From Gammaproteobacteria bacterium (GTDB taxonomy: Bacteria; Pseudomonadota; Gammaproteobacteria; Steroidobacterales; Foliamicaceae): DNA of 64,000 bases. Where the stretch lies: positions 1,057-65,056 of the forward strand of contig JAPYNE010000010.1 of NCBI GenBank assembly GCA_028285945.1, read 5' to 3'. Positions 37,271 to 49,875 of the stretch are shown in pieces (position 1 is the first letter of the stretch; each line of letters opens with the position of its first letter). Position numbers and translations under genes: made by a program. The notes under the pieces were generated by a model. That model made no database searches and was not told where the DNA came from. It saw nothing but the letters and a program-made list of their open reading frames with translations.

Positions 37271-40169
37271 CGATGCGGCTTCGTTCCGTGCCGTCCAGCA
37301 TCAGCAGCGGCAGGTATAAAGCCGCTCGGAGCCGCCTGTGCTCATCGGCGCTGACCGCCGCGTTAGGGAAGCGTTCCATCAGTTTTTCCGCTTCCTTGGC
37401 CAGTTCCAGCGCCGCCACGCCAGCCGTTCTCAGAGCGTGATCGTCCTTGAGAACCCAGTGGACCCCAAAGGCGCGCCGCGATAGCCCGCTCTCCTTCGCC
37501 GCGTTCATGGCCGCTTCCTTTTCCTCCGCGAGAACGGCCAGCATATCCATCGCTTCAAGCCCGGTTTGCTTGCGCTCCTGAAGATCCCGGATGATCCGCT
37601 CAGCGCGCTCCTTGAGCGGCAGCAGCACCGCGCCAAGTTCCGGCTCGCTGTCGATCTCCCGATTCAGCCCGCGAACCAAGTTGAACACCTTGGCCTCCTC
37701 CGATCCCTTTTTCTGTTGCAGCGCCTTGAGCGAAGCGACATCAAAAGTCGCCGTTTTCGGCGTCTCTCCTAATCCTTCCTGTGCCGCGCTCTCCTGCACC
37801 ATGCGGCGCGTCTTTTCGCCCAGATCCACTTCGTAGTTAACGCGGCCGGCGTAAGCGTTGCGCACGCTGGCGTACAGGCGCGCGAGCTGCTTGTAGGCGG
37901 GTATGTGATCGCGAAGATCGGGCGAGGGGGACAGAATTTCCCAAAGCGCCTCGATTTCCTTGTAGGCTTCAAAAAACGCCTTGCGGGGTTCCGGCTCCAG
38001 AAAGCGTCCGTAGATGATCTGCTCAAGTTGCTGATCCGCGCCAAGGCTTTCCTCCACGGTCAGATACTCTGTTTTCGCGTTTGCGAGCTTGTTGCGGAAA
38101 TCCCGGCACAGCGTATCGAGATCTTCGATCACGCCGCTCACGTCCGACGCATCGAAGGCCAGCGCCTTTTTCAGTTCGCGCAGAACGCCTACGAAATCCA
38201 CCACCAGTCCAATTTGCTTGCGATTGCCTTTCGCGTCCGAATGCGGACGGTTCACACGGGCGATGGCTTGCAGAAGCACATGGTCCCGCATCGGCTTGTC
38301 GAGGTACATGCAGTACAGCAGCGGCGCGTCGAAGCCCGTAAGCAGCTTGTCGGTCACGATGAGGATTTGCGGGTTCATTCCGGCCTTCTTGAACATCAGG
38401 CGGGTGTCAGCCTCCCGCTCCTCCGGCAGCTGAAGCGCCGCGACGAGCGGTCGATCAACAATGTCGGCATCGTTTCTCGTATAGACCGGCACGCTCCATT
38501 CCTTCGGCAGATACTTATCAAGCGCCTGCTTGTACTTGGCGCAAGCCTCCCGGTTGACGGCCACTAGGAAGGCCTTGTAGCCCCGCGGCGCCACGTTCTC
38601 CTGGAAGTGCTTGGCGACGAACGCGGCGACTTTATCGATTCGGTCGTCGGAAGTAAGAAAGGTCCGCAAGCTGACCGCCCGTTCAAGCACCTTGTTGAGT
38701 TCCTCCACATCCGTAATGCCTTCGGACTCGGCCATCTCGAAGAATTCCTTGTCCAGCCGCTCCGCCGGAACGGTCATTTCGCTTGGAGCCATCGTGTGCT
38801 GGATCGGCAAAGTCGTCTCGTCCCCGATCGATTCGGCGATCGGGTACTTGTCGAGATAGCCTGAATCGTCCTGGGCGCCGAATATCTTGAAGGTGCCCTC
38901 CCCATGTTGCGTCCGGGCGATCGGCGTGCCGGTGAATCCGATGATCGTGGCGTTGGGCACGGCCGCCATCAGATAGGTGCCCAGGTCCTTGGCCACCGAG
39001 CGGTGCGCCTCGTCGATGAATACATAGATGCTCTCGCGGGCATTGGCGCCCTTCTCCAATCCTTCGAACTTATGGATCATCGACAGAATCAGCCCGCGTT
39101 TGTCGGTTTTGAACAGATCCCGCAGCGCGTTCTTGCTTTTAGCGCGCCAGACCGGGATGTCCTGCTGCTGCATTTCGCCGAGCAGCCTCTCAACCCATCC
39201 GCTCAGTTGCCCCTCTAATTCGATGCGATCCACGACCACAAGGACGGTAGCGTTCAGGAACCGCTCCTTGCGCTCCAGGATCAGGCGCGCGGCGGTGAGC
39301 AGCGTGAAGGTCTTGCCGGAACCCTGCGTATGCCAGATAAGCCCTCGGTCCTTCGACGGCTCGGCGCAGCGGTCGATAATGCGATCAACAGCCCGGCGCT
39401 GATGCTGGCGAAGCACCGTCTTGCGCGTTTCACCGTCTTGCGCATAGAACAAAATCCATTCCCGGAGCGTCCGCAGAAATTCCGTCGGCTCGAAGAACGA
39501 CTGCACCGCGAACCGGTAGCTCTCCTCCGGCTGTTCCTTCCAGCGCGCCATGAATTGGCGCGAAACGTTCCAAGTGACGCCGTACCAGTAGTCGAGGAGA
39601 TGCGTAACGTTAAACAGTTGCGCCGAGGCGATCAGTTCCGGCGTCTCTTTCTCGTAGCGCCGCATCTGCCCAATGCCCTGTTTGATGGCATCCCTATCCG
39701 CCGGATTCTTGTGCTCCACGATGGCCACCGGAATGCCGTTGACGGCGAACACCACATCCGCCCTGTTCCCCTTGCGCGCCGGCGGCTTGATTTTCCACTC
39801 CCAAGTCGCATGAAGCGCGTTGGCCGATGGATTGTCGAAATCAACAAGCCGCACTCGCCGATGACGCTTCTCCGCTTCGTCGTGCCACTGCCGATTCCCC
39901 CGCAGCCAGTCGAGCATTTCGCGGTTGCCCTCGATCGTGGCCGGAACCGCTTCCAGTCTTTCCAGCACCGCTCGGATGGCGCTGGTCGTCATCCACGGAT
40001 TGAATTTGCCCAGCGCCTGCTCAACCTCGCCACGAAACAGCATCCCCGCCTCGCTGCCCCGCTTCTTCAGCGCCTGCTTTGGCGATAAAGGCTTCCAGCC
40101 GATCTCGGCGGCATGCCGCACCATCGGAAACTGCACGGAAACCGCCTCGCCGATCCTCAACTCATCCAC
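37218..40169 (-). CDS. hsdR: Type I restriction enzyme R subunit
   Basis: SF2 helicase motif [13 protein letters not shown] and motif [12 protein letters not shown]-terminal nuclease region [14 protein letters not shown]. Preferred start is the GTG at 40169, preceded by AGGAG plus a 6-nt spacer. The ORF is open up to 40364. Confidence 0.9.
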   Translation of the reverse strand: MDELRIGEAVSVQFPMVRHAAEIGWKPLSPKQALKKRGSEAGMLFRGEVEQALGKFNPWMTTSAIRAVLERLEAVPATIEGNREMLDWLRGNRQWHDEAEKRHRRVRLVDFDNPSANALHATWEWKIKPPARKGNRADVVFAVNGIPVAIVEHKNPADRDAIKQGIGQMRRYEKETPELIASAQLFNVTHLLDYWYGVTWNVSRQFMARWKEQPEESYRFAVQSFFEPTEFLRTLREWILFYAQDGETRKTVLRQHQRRAVDRIIDRCAEPSKDRGLIWHTQGSGKTFTLLTAARLILERKERFLNATVLVVVDRIELEGQLSGWVERLLGEMQQQDIPVWRAKSKNALRDLFKTDKRGLILSMIHKFEGLEKGANARESIYVFIDEAHRSVAKDLGTYLMAAVPNATIIGFTGTPIARTQHGEGTFKIFGAQDDSGYLDKYPIAESIGDETTLPIQHTMAPSEMTVPAERLDKEFFEMAESEGITDVEELNKVLERAVSLRTFLTSDDRIDKVAAFVAKHFQENVAPRGYKAFLVAVNREACAKYKQALDKYLPKEWSVPVYTRNDADIVDRPLVAALQLPEEREADTRLMFKKAGMNPQILIVTDKLLTGFDAPLLYCMYLDKPMRDHVLLQAIARVNRPHSDAKGNRKQIGLVVDFVGVLRELKKALAFDASDVSGVIEDLDTLCRDFRNKLANAKTEYLTVEESLGADQQLEQIIYGRFLEPEPRKAFFEAYKEIEALWEILSPSPDLRDHIPAYKQLARLYASVRNAYAGRVNYEVDLGEKTRRMVQESAAQEGLGETPKTATFDVASLKALQQKKGSEEAKVFNLVRGLNREIDSEPELGAVLLPLKERAERIIRDLQERKQTGLEAMDMLAVLAEEKEAAMNAAKESGLSRRAFGVHWVLKDDHALRTAGVAALELAKEAEKLMERFPNAAVSADEHRRLRAALYLPLLMLDGTERSRIVERILGILLDDGAGESA

Positions 40170-40511
40170 GGCGCGCTCCTGCCGTTCGGCACCGCTCGTG
40201 CCCGTCCAGACGCAGCCAATGCGAAAGCCCGACTCATGGAAGGGCCGGGTATCGATCGGCCATAGCTTCTTCGATCCGCCTCCGGATGAAGAGTTGAGGG
40301 CTTGGGAAGGCCAGTAAATCGAACGTTTGCCGGGCATTTGCGCCCGCCTCGCGATCCGGCGCACGCGTTGGCATGTGCTGAAATACCGGGTCGGCGCGTG
40401 CTATCATGGCCATCAAAGGTTCCCCCCCGATGACAAGAGTGCCAAGGGTGCTCTCTCCTGCAAAGGAGTAGTCGGGGGGGTCATTTTTTTGGTCGCATTG
40501 CTCATCGCTCA

Positions 40512-41174
40512 TCAGTGTCGGCGTTCTTGCTTGACGCGGAATAACTCAAGCTCGCGACGCACTGCGGGCCTGATTCGATCGTACCAATCCCGCTCGCCTG
40601 TTTGCCATTTTCGGAAAATCGCCCAAGAGCAATAGTCCGCCACCTGCAATCCAAAGTGGGAACGGGATTGGTGGTGCAAAACGCGGTATCTCATTCCCGG
40701 CGGCAGTGTGTTGCGCAACGCGGTCCGCACGGCTCTTTCGATGGTTTTCCGCTTCTTATTTACCGGAATAGTGTCGGTGATGACAACGACCTTTTCCACG
40801 TCATCAGCGCCCAACTCCATTGGCAGGACCAACTGTAGAAGCTGGCTCAAGAGCTCCGGATAGAAGCGTCGATCCTCCTGCAACGCAGGATCGACCGTGG
40901 CCTTTTCGGCCACTAGGAAGTCAATACTCATGCCATCCAGATGCTTGGCGATCAAATCAAACACGCAACGCCGCACATCCTTGCTGTCGCGGTAGCAATG
41001 AAAATACTCAAGGTCCAACCCGCATTCGAGCAAATCATGCTTGTAGGCATCCATTGGCATCGCCACCGGAAACGGGCGCCTCATGCTGATGCTAGTCAAC
41101 ACAAAGTAGCGGGAACCGCTCGCGCTAAAGTCGAAGTTCCCGGACTCGTCAAGAAAGATGTAGGCGCAGCTCAT
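40512..41174 (-). CDS. DUF3800 domain protein
   Basis: N-terminal YIFLDESGNFDF and C-terminal GLQVADYCSWAIFRKW are the two hallmark DUF3800 segments. It lies between hsdS and hsdR. An alternative TTG start is at 41180. Confidence 0.8.
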   Translation of the reverse strand: MSCAYIFLDESGNFDFSASGSRYFVLTSISMRRPFPVAMPMDAYKHDLLECGLDLEYFHCYRDSKDVRRCVFDLIAKHLDGMSIDFLVAEKATVDPALQEDRRFYPELLSQLLQLVLPMELGADDVEKVVVITDTIPVNKKRKTIERAVRTALRNTLPPGMRYRVLHHQSRSHFGLQVADYCSWAIFRKWQTGERDWYDRIRPAVRRELELFRVKQERRH

Positions 41175-41195
41175 AGCCAAACGGTCACCTGATCC

Positions 41196-42456
41196 TTACG
41201 GCATGCCCGCTGTCATGGCCAAGTTGCCCACTTGTATCTCGCCGGTCATCAGCTTGTGCAGCAGCGTCTTGAAAAGGTCTTCAAGCACGGCGCGCTTCCT
41301 GCGGTGCAAGTCGATCTTGCGATCGATGGCATCGAGGATGGCAACGATGTCGCGCTGTTCGGCTTGGCTTGGCAATGGAACCAGCTGTTCCTTGACCATT
41401 CGGTCGGTCACAGCAGGGTAGCTCGCTCCCGTTTCGATTTCGCCGAGTTGTTGAACAAAACGGTCGCGCTGCACAACGTAGTAAATGAACTTGGCCGCTA
41501 CGTTCTCCCGCTCGTGGCGCAGCACGCAAAATGCGGTGGAGCAGACTTGGCCATTGAGATCTTCGGGCACAACGGCCACGCGCAGCAGGGTAGGCCGCAC
41601 CGTCGCAAAAATTACGTCGCCAGCTTGAATGCGCTTTCGGGCGCGTCCGGGGGCCTCCTTAAGCACGTGTCGAGAAGTTGTGTTGATTCGCAAGTATTCG
41701 CGGGAAATGGATGACACGTCCACGTATTCGATAATGCGGTGCCCCTCGGATCGGAGATCAACTGAATCAGTATCAACGCATAGCGCTCCCAGCGGCTGCA
41801 ACCGCCAACTCTCCGGCATCGGGCCGATTTCTGTTTCCTTTTGCGCTTCACACCGCAAACCGCGCGTGAACAGGGTTTGCATGACAGCGCGTTTAAGGGC
41901 GGTCGCCGTCTGAGCGGATTTCGTCTCGGTGGCCATTAGCCGCTGGATCATCTCTAGTGAATTCGAGATTGCGACCTGTTCTCCAAGATCAAACCAAGGG
42001 AAGGGCAAATCCAAGAGCACGCTCTCTGCCACGCGCTGTCGTCCGGTCGTGCCTTCCATGTGCTCTGATATGTGATGGCGAATGTCTGGATGCAATAGAT
42101 AAAAGAAAAGCAACCGACGATCGCTTTTGTCATTGCGCGGTCGGAGTGGGATAACCTCCGTAGTTGCGAAGCCGAAAAGTGTTGGCAGTCTAGTTGCGAG
42201 TGCCTGTTTGCCGTTTTCAAATGAAGGCGTAATTTTCGCAACGAGAATGTCTCCGCGCTCGAAATAGGTTCCACTTCTGATATCGGTTGGAGCCTTTAAG
42301 GTAAATCCGGGGTCGTAGTCGCCTCCTTGGGGAATGGATGCCATCGGCACAAACGGGATTGCTGTAAATGCGGAAGCATCAAGCCCCCGAGGTTTTTTCG
42401 TAACTTCGTAGATATCACCCACCCGCAACCATTGGCGACGATCAGCGAATTGCGCG

Positions 42457-42470
<14 letters not shown>
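41196..42470 (-). CDS. hsdS: Type I restriction enzyme S (specificity) subunit
   Basis: Two TRD halves, each followed by a conserved helical region (..LPPLAEQ-like [24 protein letters not shown]..). The ATG at 42470 overlaps the hsdM stop by 14 nt. Confidence 0.85.
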
Positions 42471-44295
<1,825 letters not shown>

Positions 44296-44301
44296 ATCGC
44301 G

Positions 44302-44330
44302 CTTATAACAGAAATATAAATCTTGATCAA
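44302..44330 (-). promoter_or_regulatory. Candidate promoter of the hsdM operon, possibly giving a leaderless transcript
   Basis: On the minus strand: TTGATC (44330-44325), a 17-nt spacer, TATAAG (44307-44302), then 6 nt to the ATG at 44295. There is no Shine-Dalgarno sequence. The -35 element lies inside the palindrome ttgatcaa. Confidence 0.35.
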
Positions 44331-44421
44331 TTCGCGCTTGGCTTTATTCAAGCGTGACTGCGGCATTGGGTTTCTTGGAATGCTCGCTGTGGGGCGGCGG
44401 ATGCGGACGCAGCCTGAAAGG

Positions 44422-45222
44422 TTAGTTGGTTTTGAGGGTGTCGTTCAGGGTGGCGCGGCCTTGCATGCGGGCTTGGATGAGGTCGAGGCCGGCTTTTACG
44501 CGGTCGTAGAAGCCCACGGCCAGGAGTTCGCGGCGCAGTTGTTCGTTGATTCCGGCGCGGGTTGCGTGTTCGGCGACCAGTTCCGCGAAGCCTTCGCCCG
44601 AGGGCTGGGTGGATTTTTCCGCGATGCCGCGAAACAGCGAGCCGGTGTAGGTGTCCGCCTGGGCGGCATCGATGCCTTGGGCGCGCAGCCAAGCGGATAC
44701 CGATTCCAGCAGCTCGAAGTAGGGGGCCATCATCGCGGAGGCGGAGAAAAAGGCATCGAGTTGCGTTTCATCGCTCACCTGGATCACGGTGCCGATGGGG
44801 CCGAGCAATTCCGCCAACTGTTCGTTCGGCGGGCACATGGCGATGGGGCCTTTGCGCTGCGCCGCCGGCGGGACGGGCGCAACCCGTCCGATGAGCAGCC
44901 CTGGCCGGACAAGCCGGGCGACTTCCGCCGAGTCCAGCGTGGCGATGAAGCTTGCGACCCGTTGCCCTTGGCGGAACCTCAGCGCCGTCAGCACTTCCGC
45001 CGCAACCTGCGGCCTCACCGCAAGGAAGACCAGCTCCGAGCGGTCCGCCACCTCTTGGTTGCTGGCGGCCACCTCCACGACGGCGTAGCGTTCGGCCAAG
45101 GCCCGCGAGCGTTCGCGGCTGCGGGGCGACAGCAGAATCGAAAGCCCTGGCGCACTCGCCTCGCAAAGGCCGGTCACGACCGCCTCGGTGATGGCGCCGG
45201 CGCCGATGAATCCTAGGCTCAT
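44422..45222 (-). CDS. Pyrroline-5-carboxylate reductase family NAD(P)-binding protein
   Basis: N-terminal Rossmann motif MSLGFIGAGAITEAVV, central VFLAVRPQV, and a C-terminal dimerisation-like region. Confidence 0.7.
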   Translation of the reverse strand: MSLGFIGAGAITEAVVTGLCEASAPGLSILLSPRSRERSRALAERYAVVEVAASNQEVADRSELVFLAVRPQVAAEVLTALRFRQGQRVASFIATLDSAEVARLVRPGLLIGRVAPVPPAAQRKGPIAMCPPNEQLAELLGPIGTVIQVSDETQLDAFFSASAMMAPYFELLESVSAWLRAQGIDAAQADTYTGSLFRGIAEKSTQPSGEGFAELVAEHATRAGINEQLRRELLAVGFYDRVKAGLDLIQARMQGRATLNDTLKTN

Positions 45223-45382
45223 TGTCCTGCCTTGCCGCCGGCATGGCGTTTTGCAAGCTTCCTGCTCCTCGGTCGATCAGCGCGGCGGAAGTCCCGGACG
45301 GACGGCTGGCTGGCGCGGCATCCCATAAGCTTCCCGCCCTTCATAGGCCCTGATACGCCGCCGCGACGGTGCCGTGCGCGCA

Positions 45383-46534
45383 TCAGGGCTTGTCCGGCAG
45401 CAGGCGCTCCATGATGCGCGAATACACGCGCCTCAAGCCCGTCACGTCGCTGGCGCGGACCCGCTCGTTGATCTGGTGGATGGTGCGGTTGATGACGCCG
45501 AACTCCACCACGTCGGCGCCATGCAGGGCGATGAAGCGGCCATCGGAAGTGCCGCCGCCGGTGGATAGCTCCGGGTCGATTCCGCATTCCTCGCGCACGA
45601 CCTCGCGGGCGTTTTCCACCAGCGGGCCGCGCGCGGTGAGGAAGGGCTCGCCGGCCGGCCGCCATTCGATTTCGTAGTCGATGTCGTGGCGGGCAAGCAG
45701 TTCCGCCACCCAGGCCTTGATTTCATCGCTCTTCCACTGGTTGGTGAAGCGGAAGTTGAAGCGCGTGACCAGCTCGCCGGGAAACACGTTGGTGGCGCCG
45801 GCATCGGCATGCACCTTCACCACTTGGAAGCCGGTGGGCGGGAAATGCTCGTTGCCTTCGTCCAGCGGCGTGGCGTACATTTCGGCGAGAACCGGCGCGA
45901 AGCTCTGGATGGGGTTGCGCGCCAGCGCCGGGTAGGCCACATGGCCCTGTTCGCCGCGCACCGTCATGGTGGCGCTCAGTGAACCGCGCCGGCCCACCCG
46001 CAAGGTGTCGCCGAGCTTCTTCGAGCAGGATGGCTCGCCCACCAAGCACCAGTCGATGGCTTCGTTCCGGGCGCTGAGCGTGTCCATCACGCGGCGGGTG
46101 CCGTCTCTGGCCGGCCCTTCCTCGTCGCTGGTAATCAGAAAGGCCAGCGAACCCTTGTGGCCGGGATGCTCGCCGGCGAATTTGATTCCGGCGCGAACCA
46201 TGGCCGCGATGCCGGACTTCATGTCGGCGGCGCCGCGCCCTTTCAGCCAGCCGTCGCGCAGCTCAGGCTCGAAGGGATCGTGCTCCCAGGCTTCCAGAGG
46301 GCCGGGGGGCACCACGTCGGTGTGGCCGGCGAAGCACAGCACGGGCGAATCGCCGCCGTGGCGCGCCCAGAGGTTGGACACCTCGCCGAAGGGCATGTGC
46401 TCCACGCTGAAGCCGGCCTCCTCCAGCATTCCGGCGAGCAGTTCCTGGCAGCCGCAGTCCGCCGGCGTGACCGAGCGTCGGCCCATCAGCTCCAGCGCCA
46501 AGTCCAGCGTTCGCGTGCCGGCGTTCTCAGACAT
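45383..46534 (-). CDS. dapE: Succinyl-diaminopimelate desuccinylase
   Basis: M20 peptidase motifs [11 protein letters not shown] and GRGAADMK..., of DapE length. Overlaps dapD by 8 nt. Confidence 0.9.
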   Translation of the reverse strand: MSENAGTRTLDLALELMGRRSVTPADCGCQELLAGMLEEAGFSVEHMPFGEVSNLWARHGGDSPVLCFAGHTDVVPPGPLEAWEHDPFEPELRDGWLKGRGAADMKSGIAAMVRAGIKFAGEHPGHKGSLAFLITSDEEGPARDGTRRVMDTLSARNEAIDWCLVGEPSCSKKLGDTLRVGRRGSLSATMTVRGEQGHVAYPALARNPIQSFAPVLAEMYATPLDEGNEHFPPTGFQVVKVHADAGATNVFPGELVTRFNFRFTNQWKSDEIKAWVAELLARHDIDYEIEWRPAGEPFLTARGPLVENAREVVREECGIDPELSTGGGTSDGRFIALHGADVVEFGVINRTIHQINERVRASDVTGLRRVYSRIMERLLPDKP

Positions 46535-47381
46535 CGCGCAACAGCTCGTTTAAGGAAGTGCGCCGCCGGGTGCGCTCGTCCACCTGCTTCACGATCACGG
46601 CGCAGTAAAGCTGCGCGCGGCTCTTGCCGTCGGGCAGGCTGCCCGGCACCACCACCGAGCCTGCGGGCACCCGGCCGTACAGAACCTCGTCGCGGTCGCG
46701 GTCGTAGATGCGGGTGCTCTGGCCGATGTACACGCCCATCGCGATGACCGCGCCGCGCTCCACGATCACGCCTTCCACGATTTCCGAGCGCGCGCCGATG
46801 AAGCAGTCGTCCTCGATGATGGTGGGCGCGGCCTGCAGCGGTTCCAGCACTCCGCCAATGCCCGCGCCCCCGGAGAGATGCACGTTCCGACCGATTTGCG
46901 CGCAGCTTCCCACCGTGGCCCAGGTGTCGATCAGCGTTCCGCCATCGACGTAGGCGCCGATATTCACGTAGCTGGGCATGAGCACCACCCCTGGCGCGAT
47001 ATAAGCCCCGCGCCGCGCCAGCGCGTCCGGCACCACGCGCACGCCGAATGCCCCGATGTCGCCGCTGTCGAACTTGAGCGGCACCTTGTCGAAGAAGCGG
47101 GCGTGCCCGCCGGCCATTGCGCGGCTGGGCGTCACGGCGAAATACAGGAGCACGGCCTTCTTGAGCCATTCATTGACCTGCCAGCCGCCATCCGCCGGCT
47201 CAGCCACCCGCGCCTGGCCGCTGTCGAGCAGGGCGATGGCTTGTTCGAGGGCATCGCGCAGCTCGGCGGAAGCACTGTCGGGCGACAGCTCCGCATGGCG
47301 CTCGTACGCGGCTTCGATGGTTTTGCGCAGGTCCTGCACTTTCAGCTCTCGAGGCGAATCCCGCCGCTCATCCAGCGGCAA
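46527..47381 (-). CDS. dapD: 2,3,4,5-tetrahydropyridine-2,6-dicarboxylate N-succinyltransferase
   Basis: [82 protein letters not shown] is near-collinear with E. coli DapD from memory. The start may be a few codons downstream. Confidence 0.9.
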   Translation of the reverse strand: MPLDERRDSPRELKVQDLRKTIEAAYERHAELSPDSASAELRDALEQAIALLDSGQARVAEPADGGWQVNEWLKKAVLLYFAVTPSRAMAGGHARFFDKVPLKFDSGDIGAFGVRVVPDALARRGAYIAPGVVLMPSYVNIGAYVDGGTLIDTWATVGSCAQIGRNVHLSGGAGIGGVLEPLQAAPTIIEDDCFIGARSEIVEGVIVERGAVIAMGVYIGQSTRIYDRDRDEVLYGRVPAGSVVVPGSLPDGKSRAQLYCAVIVKQVDERTRRRTSLNELLRDV

Positions 47382-47520
47382 AGCTAGTAATTATCGCATC
47401 CCCGCCGAGCTCATTCGCATAGCGCGCCCGTCCGGCTGCAATCTCTTTGCGCCGGAACAGGACGGAACAGCCGAGATGCCGCAAACCGGCGTGCTTGTAT
47501 TCGCCCTGCCTTTCCCCTCG

Positions 47521-47617
47521 CCTCTTTCGGCCCCTTCCCTTCCGGGAGACGCCATCCTTGGCTTGGTTCCGCCATCCTTGGCTCCAACACTCCCGGAAGG
47601 GAAGGGGCCGAAAGAGG
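47521..47617. repeat. Palindromic intergenic element with family-1-type arms and a different core
   Basis: 28-bp perfect arms cctctttcggccccttcccttccgggag / ctcccggaagggaaggggccgaaagagg. The core contains gccatccttggct twice. A family-1 right half (cagacgctcccgcgaggcgggaacaagcatagggc) follows at about 47641-47675. Confidence 0.7.
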
Positions 47618-47714
47618 CTTCCGCAGCGCCCTTCCTGCCTCAGACGCTCCCGCGAGGCGGGAACAAGCATAGGGCTTCAGCTGGCGCAGTCCGGGGGATC
47701 GCACGGGCTAAAAG

Positions 47715-47824
47715 CCTTCCGGCGCATTCCCTGATCCCGGAACTTGTGGGGGCAGGGATGCCCCCACAGAGCCCACAGGGATGTGCTCGTTGGCGTTTCC
47801 GGGATCAGGGAATGCGCCGGAAGG
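47715..47824. repeat. Palindromic intergenic element, family 2 (complete copy)
   Basis: 28-bp arms ccttccggcgcattccctgatcccggaa / ttccgggatcagggaatgcgccggaagg. The core cttgtgggggcagggatgcccccacagagcccacagggatgtgctcgttggcgt is nearly identical to the copy at 35455-35508. Confidence 0.8.
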
Positions 47825-47905
47825 CGAGGGACTGGCAGCCCGTGGAAGAGCCGCACGAAGGCGGAGGAAGCAGCGCGGCCGGGGAATTGGCGCCGACGTG
47901 CTTGT

Positions 47906-48931
47906 TTACGCGGGTGAAGGAGAGAGGTTGCGGATGAAGCGGCGGGCGCAGCGTTCCCAGCTGAACTGTTCGGCGTAGCGCCGGCAGTCGTCGCGATTTA
48001 GCGTAAGGGCTCGCGCCACCGCTGCCGCAAGGTCGTTGTGCATCGCGGCGGCGCGGTTGTCGCGCAGCACGTCCTGCGGCCCTGGAACCGGGAAGGCCGC
48101 CACCGGCGTTCCGCAGGCCAGCGCTTCCAGCATCACCAGGCCGAAGGTGTCGGTGCGGCTGGGAAACACGAAAACGTTCGCGGCGCCGTAGTGCGCCGCC
48201 AAGTCCTCCCCGAACTTCGCGCCCGTGAACAGGGCTTCCGGATAGCGGGCCCGGTACTTTTCGAGGCGCGGGCCGTCGCCCACCACCACCTTGCTGCCCG
48301 GCAGTTCAAGCTCAAGAAAAGCCGGAAGATTCTTCTCCACCGAAACGCGGCCCGCATACAAATGGATGGGGCGCGGGAGGGCCTCAAGCGCCGCCGGAAC
48401 CGGGGCTCCCGGGCGGAACAGCTTCGTGTCCACGCCGCGCATCCACGAGCAGGCATTGGTAATGCCGCGCTCATGCATTTCCCTGCGCAGCGAGGGCGTG
48501 GCCACCATGACCCCGCGAGCCGGCCCGTGAAACCAGCGCATTGCCTTCCAGCCCCAGCGGATGGGCAGTTTGCAGCGGGCATGGAGGTACTCCGGGAAGC
48601 GCGTGTGCAATGAGGTGGTGAAGGAGCGGCCGTGGCGCAGGCACCAGCGCCGCGCCGCCAAGCCCAGCGGCCCCTCGGTGGCGATATGGATGCGGTTGGC
48701 CCTGAGGGCTTCGAGGCGTTTTCCCAGCTCGCGCCATCCGGTCGCCGCCAGGCGGATTTCAGGGTAGCCGGGGCAGGGCAGGGTCCTGAACTGGCCCGGA
48801 TGAATGATGTGGATCCGGTGCCCGAGCGCCTCGCTTTCCCGGGCGACCGTCTCCAGGGTTCGGACCACGCCGTTCACCTGCGGTTTCCAGGCATCGGTCA
48901 CGCAGGCAACGCTCAATGCCTGCGCGCTCAT
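47906..48931 (-). CDS. Glycosyltransferase family 4/GT-B (group 1)
   Basis: N-terminal VTDAWKPQVNGVVRTL and C-terminal EGFGLV-type motif TDTFGLVMLEALACGTPV. The ATG at 48931 overlaps the upstream stop as ATGA. Confidence 0.85.
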   Translation of the reverse strand: MSAQALSVACVTDAWKPQVNGVVRTLETVARESEALGHRIHIIHPGQFRTLPCPGYPEIRLAATGWRELGKRLEALRANRIHIATEGPLGLAARRWCLRHGRSFTTSLHTRFPEYLHARCKLPIRWGWKAMRWFHGPARGVMVATPSLRREMHERGITNACSWMRGVDTKLFRPGAPVPAALEALPRPIHLYAGRVSVEKNLPAFLELELPGSKVVVGDGPRLEKYRARYPEALFTGAKFGEDLAAHYGAANVFVFPSRTDTFGLVMLEALACGTPVAAFPVPGPQDVLRDNRAAAMHNDLAAAVARALTLNRDDCRRYAEQFSWERCARRFIRNLSPSPA

Positions 48932-49839
48932 GCCGCCTTCCTGAATTCCCTCGGCCCCGGCCATTGCTCGCCGGAATCATCCCCGCGCAGCAGCTTGAGT
49001 TCGCCCGCGTGAGTTTCGCACAAGGCCGTGCAGCTCTCCACCCAGTCGCCGTCGTTGCAATACAAAACGCCGTCAATCATGCGGATTTCGGCTCGGTGCG
49101 TGTGCCCGCATATCACGCCCTGAAGACCGCGCCTGCGGGCCTCGGCGGCCAGCCGTTCCGGATAGCTGCGGGCGCCGGACACGAACCGCTTGATGATGCG
49201 CTTGAGCCCTGCCGACAAGGAGCGCTCGCGCAGCCCCGCTAGGCGCATCAGGCGCATGAGCGCCGTGCTCAGCCGCAGCAGCCACTCATAGAGCACGCCG
49301 CCAAGCGCCGAGAGCCAGGGGGCGTGCTTTTGCACGGGATCGTATTCGTCGCCGTGGCATACCAGCATGCGGCGGCCGTCCCGGCAGCGGTGCAGGTGCT
49401 CGCGGCGGATTTCAATGCCCTTGAAGCGCAGGCCGGAGAGGCAGCGGAACACCTCGTCGTGGTTGCCGGGGATAAAGACGACCCGCATGCCCTCACGGGC
49501 CAGCCGCAGGATGCGCCGCACCACTTTTCCGTGCTCGCTGGGCCAGAACCACTTCCGGCGCAGCGCCCATACGTCGAGGATGTCGCCCACGAGGTAGAGG
49601 GTGTCGCATTCGATTCGTCCGAGGAATGCCAGCAGCCGGGCGGCCTTGCATCCCCGCGAGCCGATATGCGTGTCGGAAAGGAACACCGTGCGGCAACGAA
49701 TGGCCGCTTTCTCCCTCGTGGTTCCGCCTTGCTGTGCTTCCCGCCTTGCGGGAAACAACGGTGTGGGCTGGTTTCCGCCCCAGGGGTTGGTCAAGGAACA
49801 GCTCCGGCGTTGCTCACGCTTGGCTATTCTGGCCCCCAA
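48928..49839 (-). CDS. LpxH-family metallophosphoesterase (UDP-2,3-diacylglucosamine diphosphatase-like)
   Basis: VFLSDTHIG, LYLVGDILD, GNHD and GHTH are calcineurin-like phosphoesterase motifs in LpxH order. The true start is probably well downstream of 39839-style ORF openings, i.e. downstream of 49839 (possibly the GTG just before FLSDTH). Confidence 0.75.
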   Translation of the reverse strand: MGARIAKREQRRSCSLTNPWGGNQPTPLFPARREAQQGGTTREKAAIRCRTVFLSDTHIGSRGCKAARLLAFLGRIECDTLYLVGDILDVWALRRKWFWPSEHGKVVRRILRLAREGMRVVFIPGNHDEVFRCLSGLRFKGIEIRREHLHRCRDGRRMLVCHGDEYDPVQKHAPWLSALGGVLYEWLLRLSTALMRLMRLAGLRERSLSAGLKRIIKRFVSGARSYPERLAAEARRRGLQGVICGHTHRAEIRMIDGVLYCNDGDWVESCTALCETHAGELKLLRGDDSGEQWPGPREFRKAA

Positions 49840-49875
49840 ACTTTTCTTTGATATGACAGATACTTGACGTTTCCA

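Noticed and set aside
40170-40364. 65-codon N-terminal extension of hsdR (ORF open to 40364)
   Set aside because: The GTG at 40169 has AGGAG at ideal spacing. The upstream residues look non-homologous ([18 protein letters not shown]). This is kept only as an alternative start.
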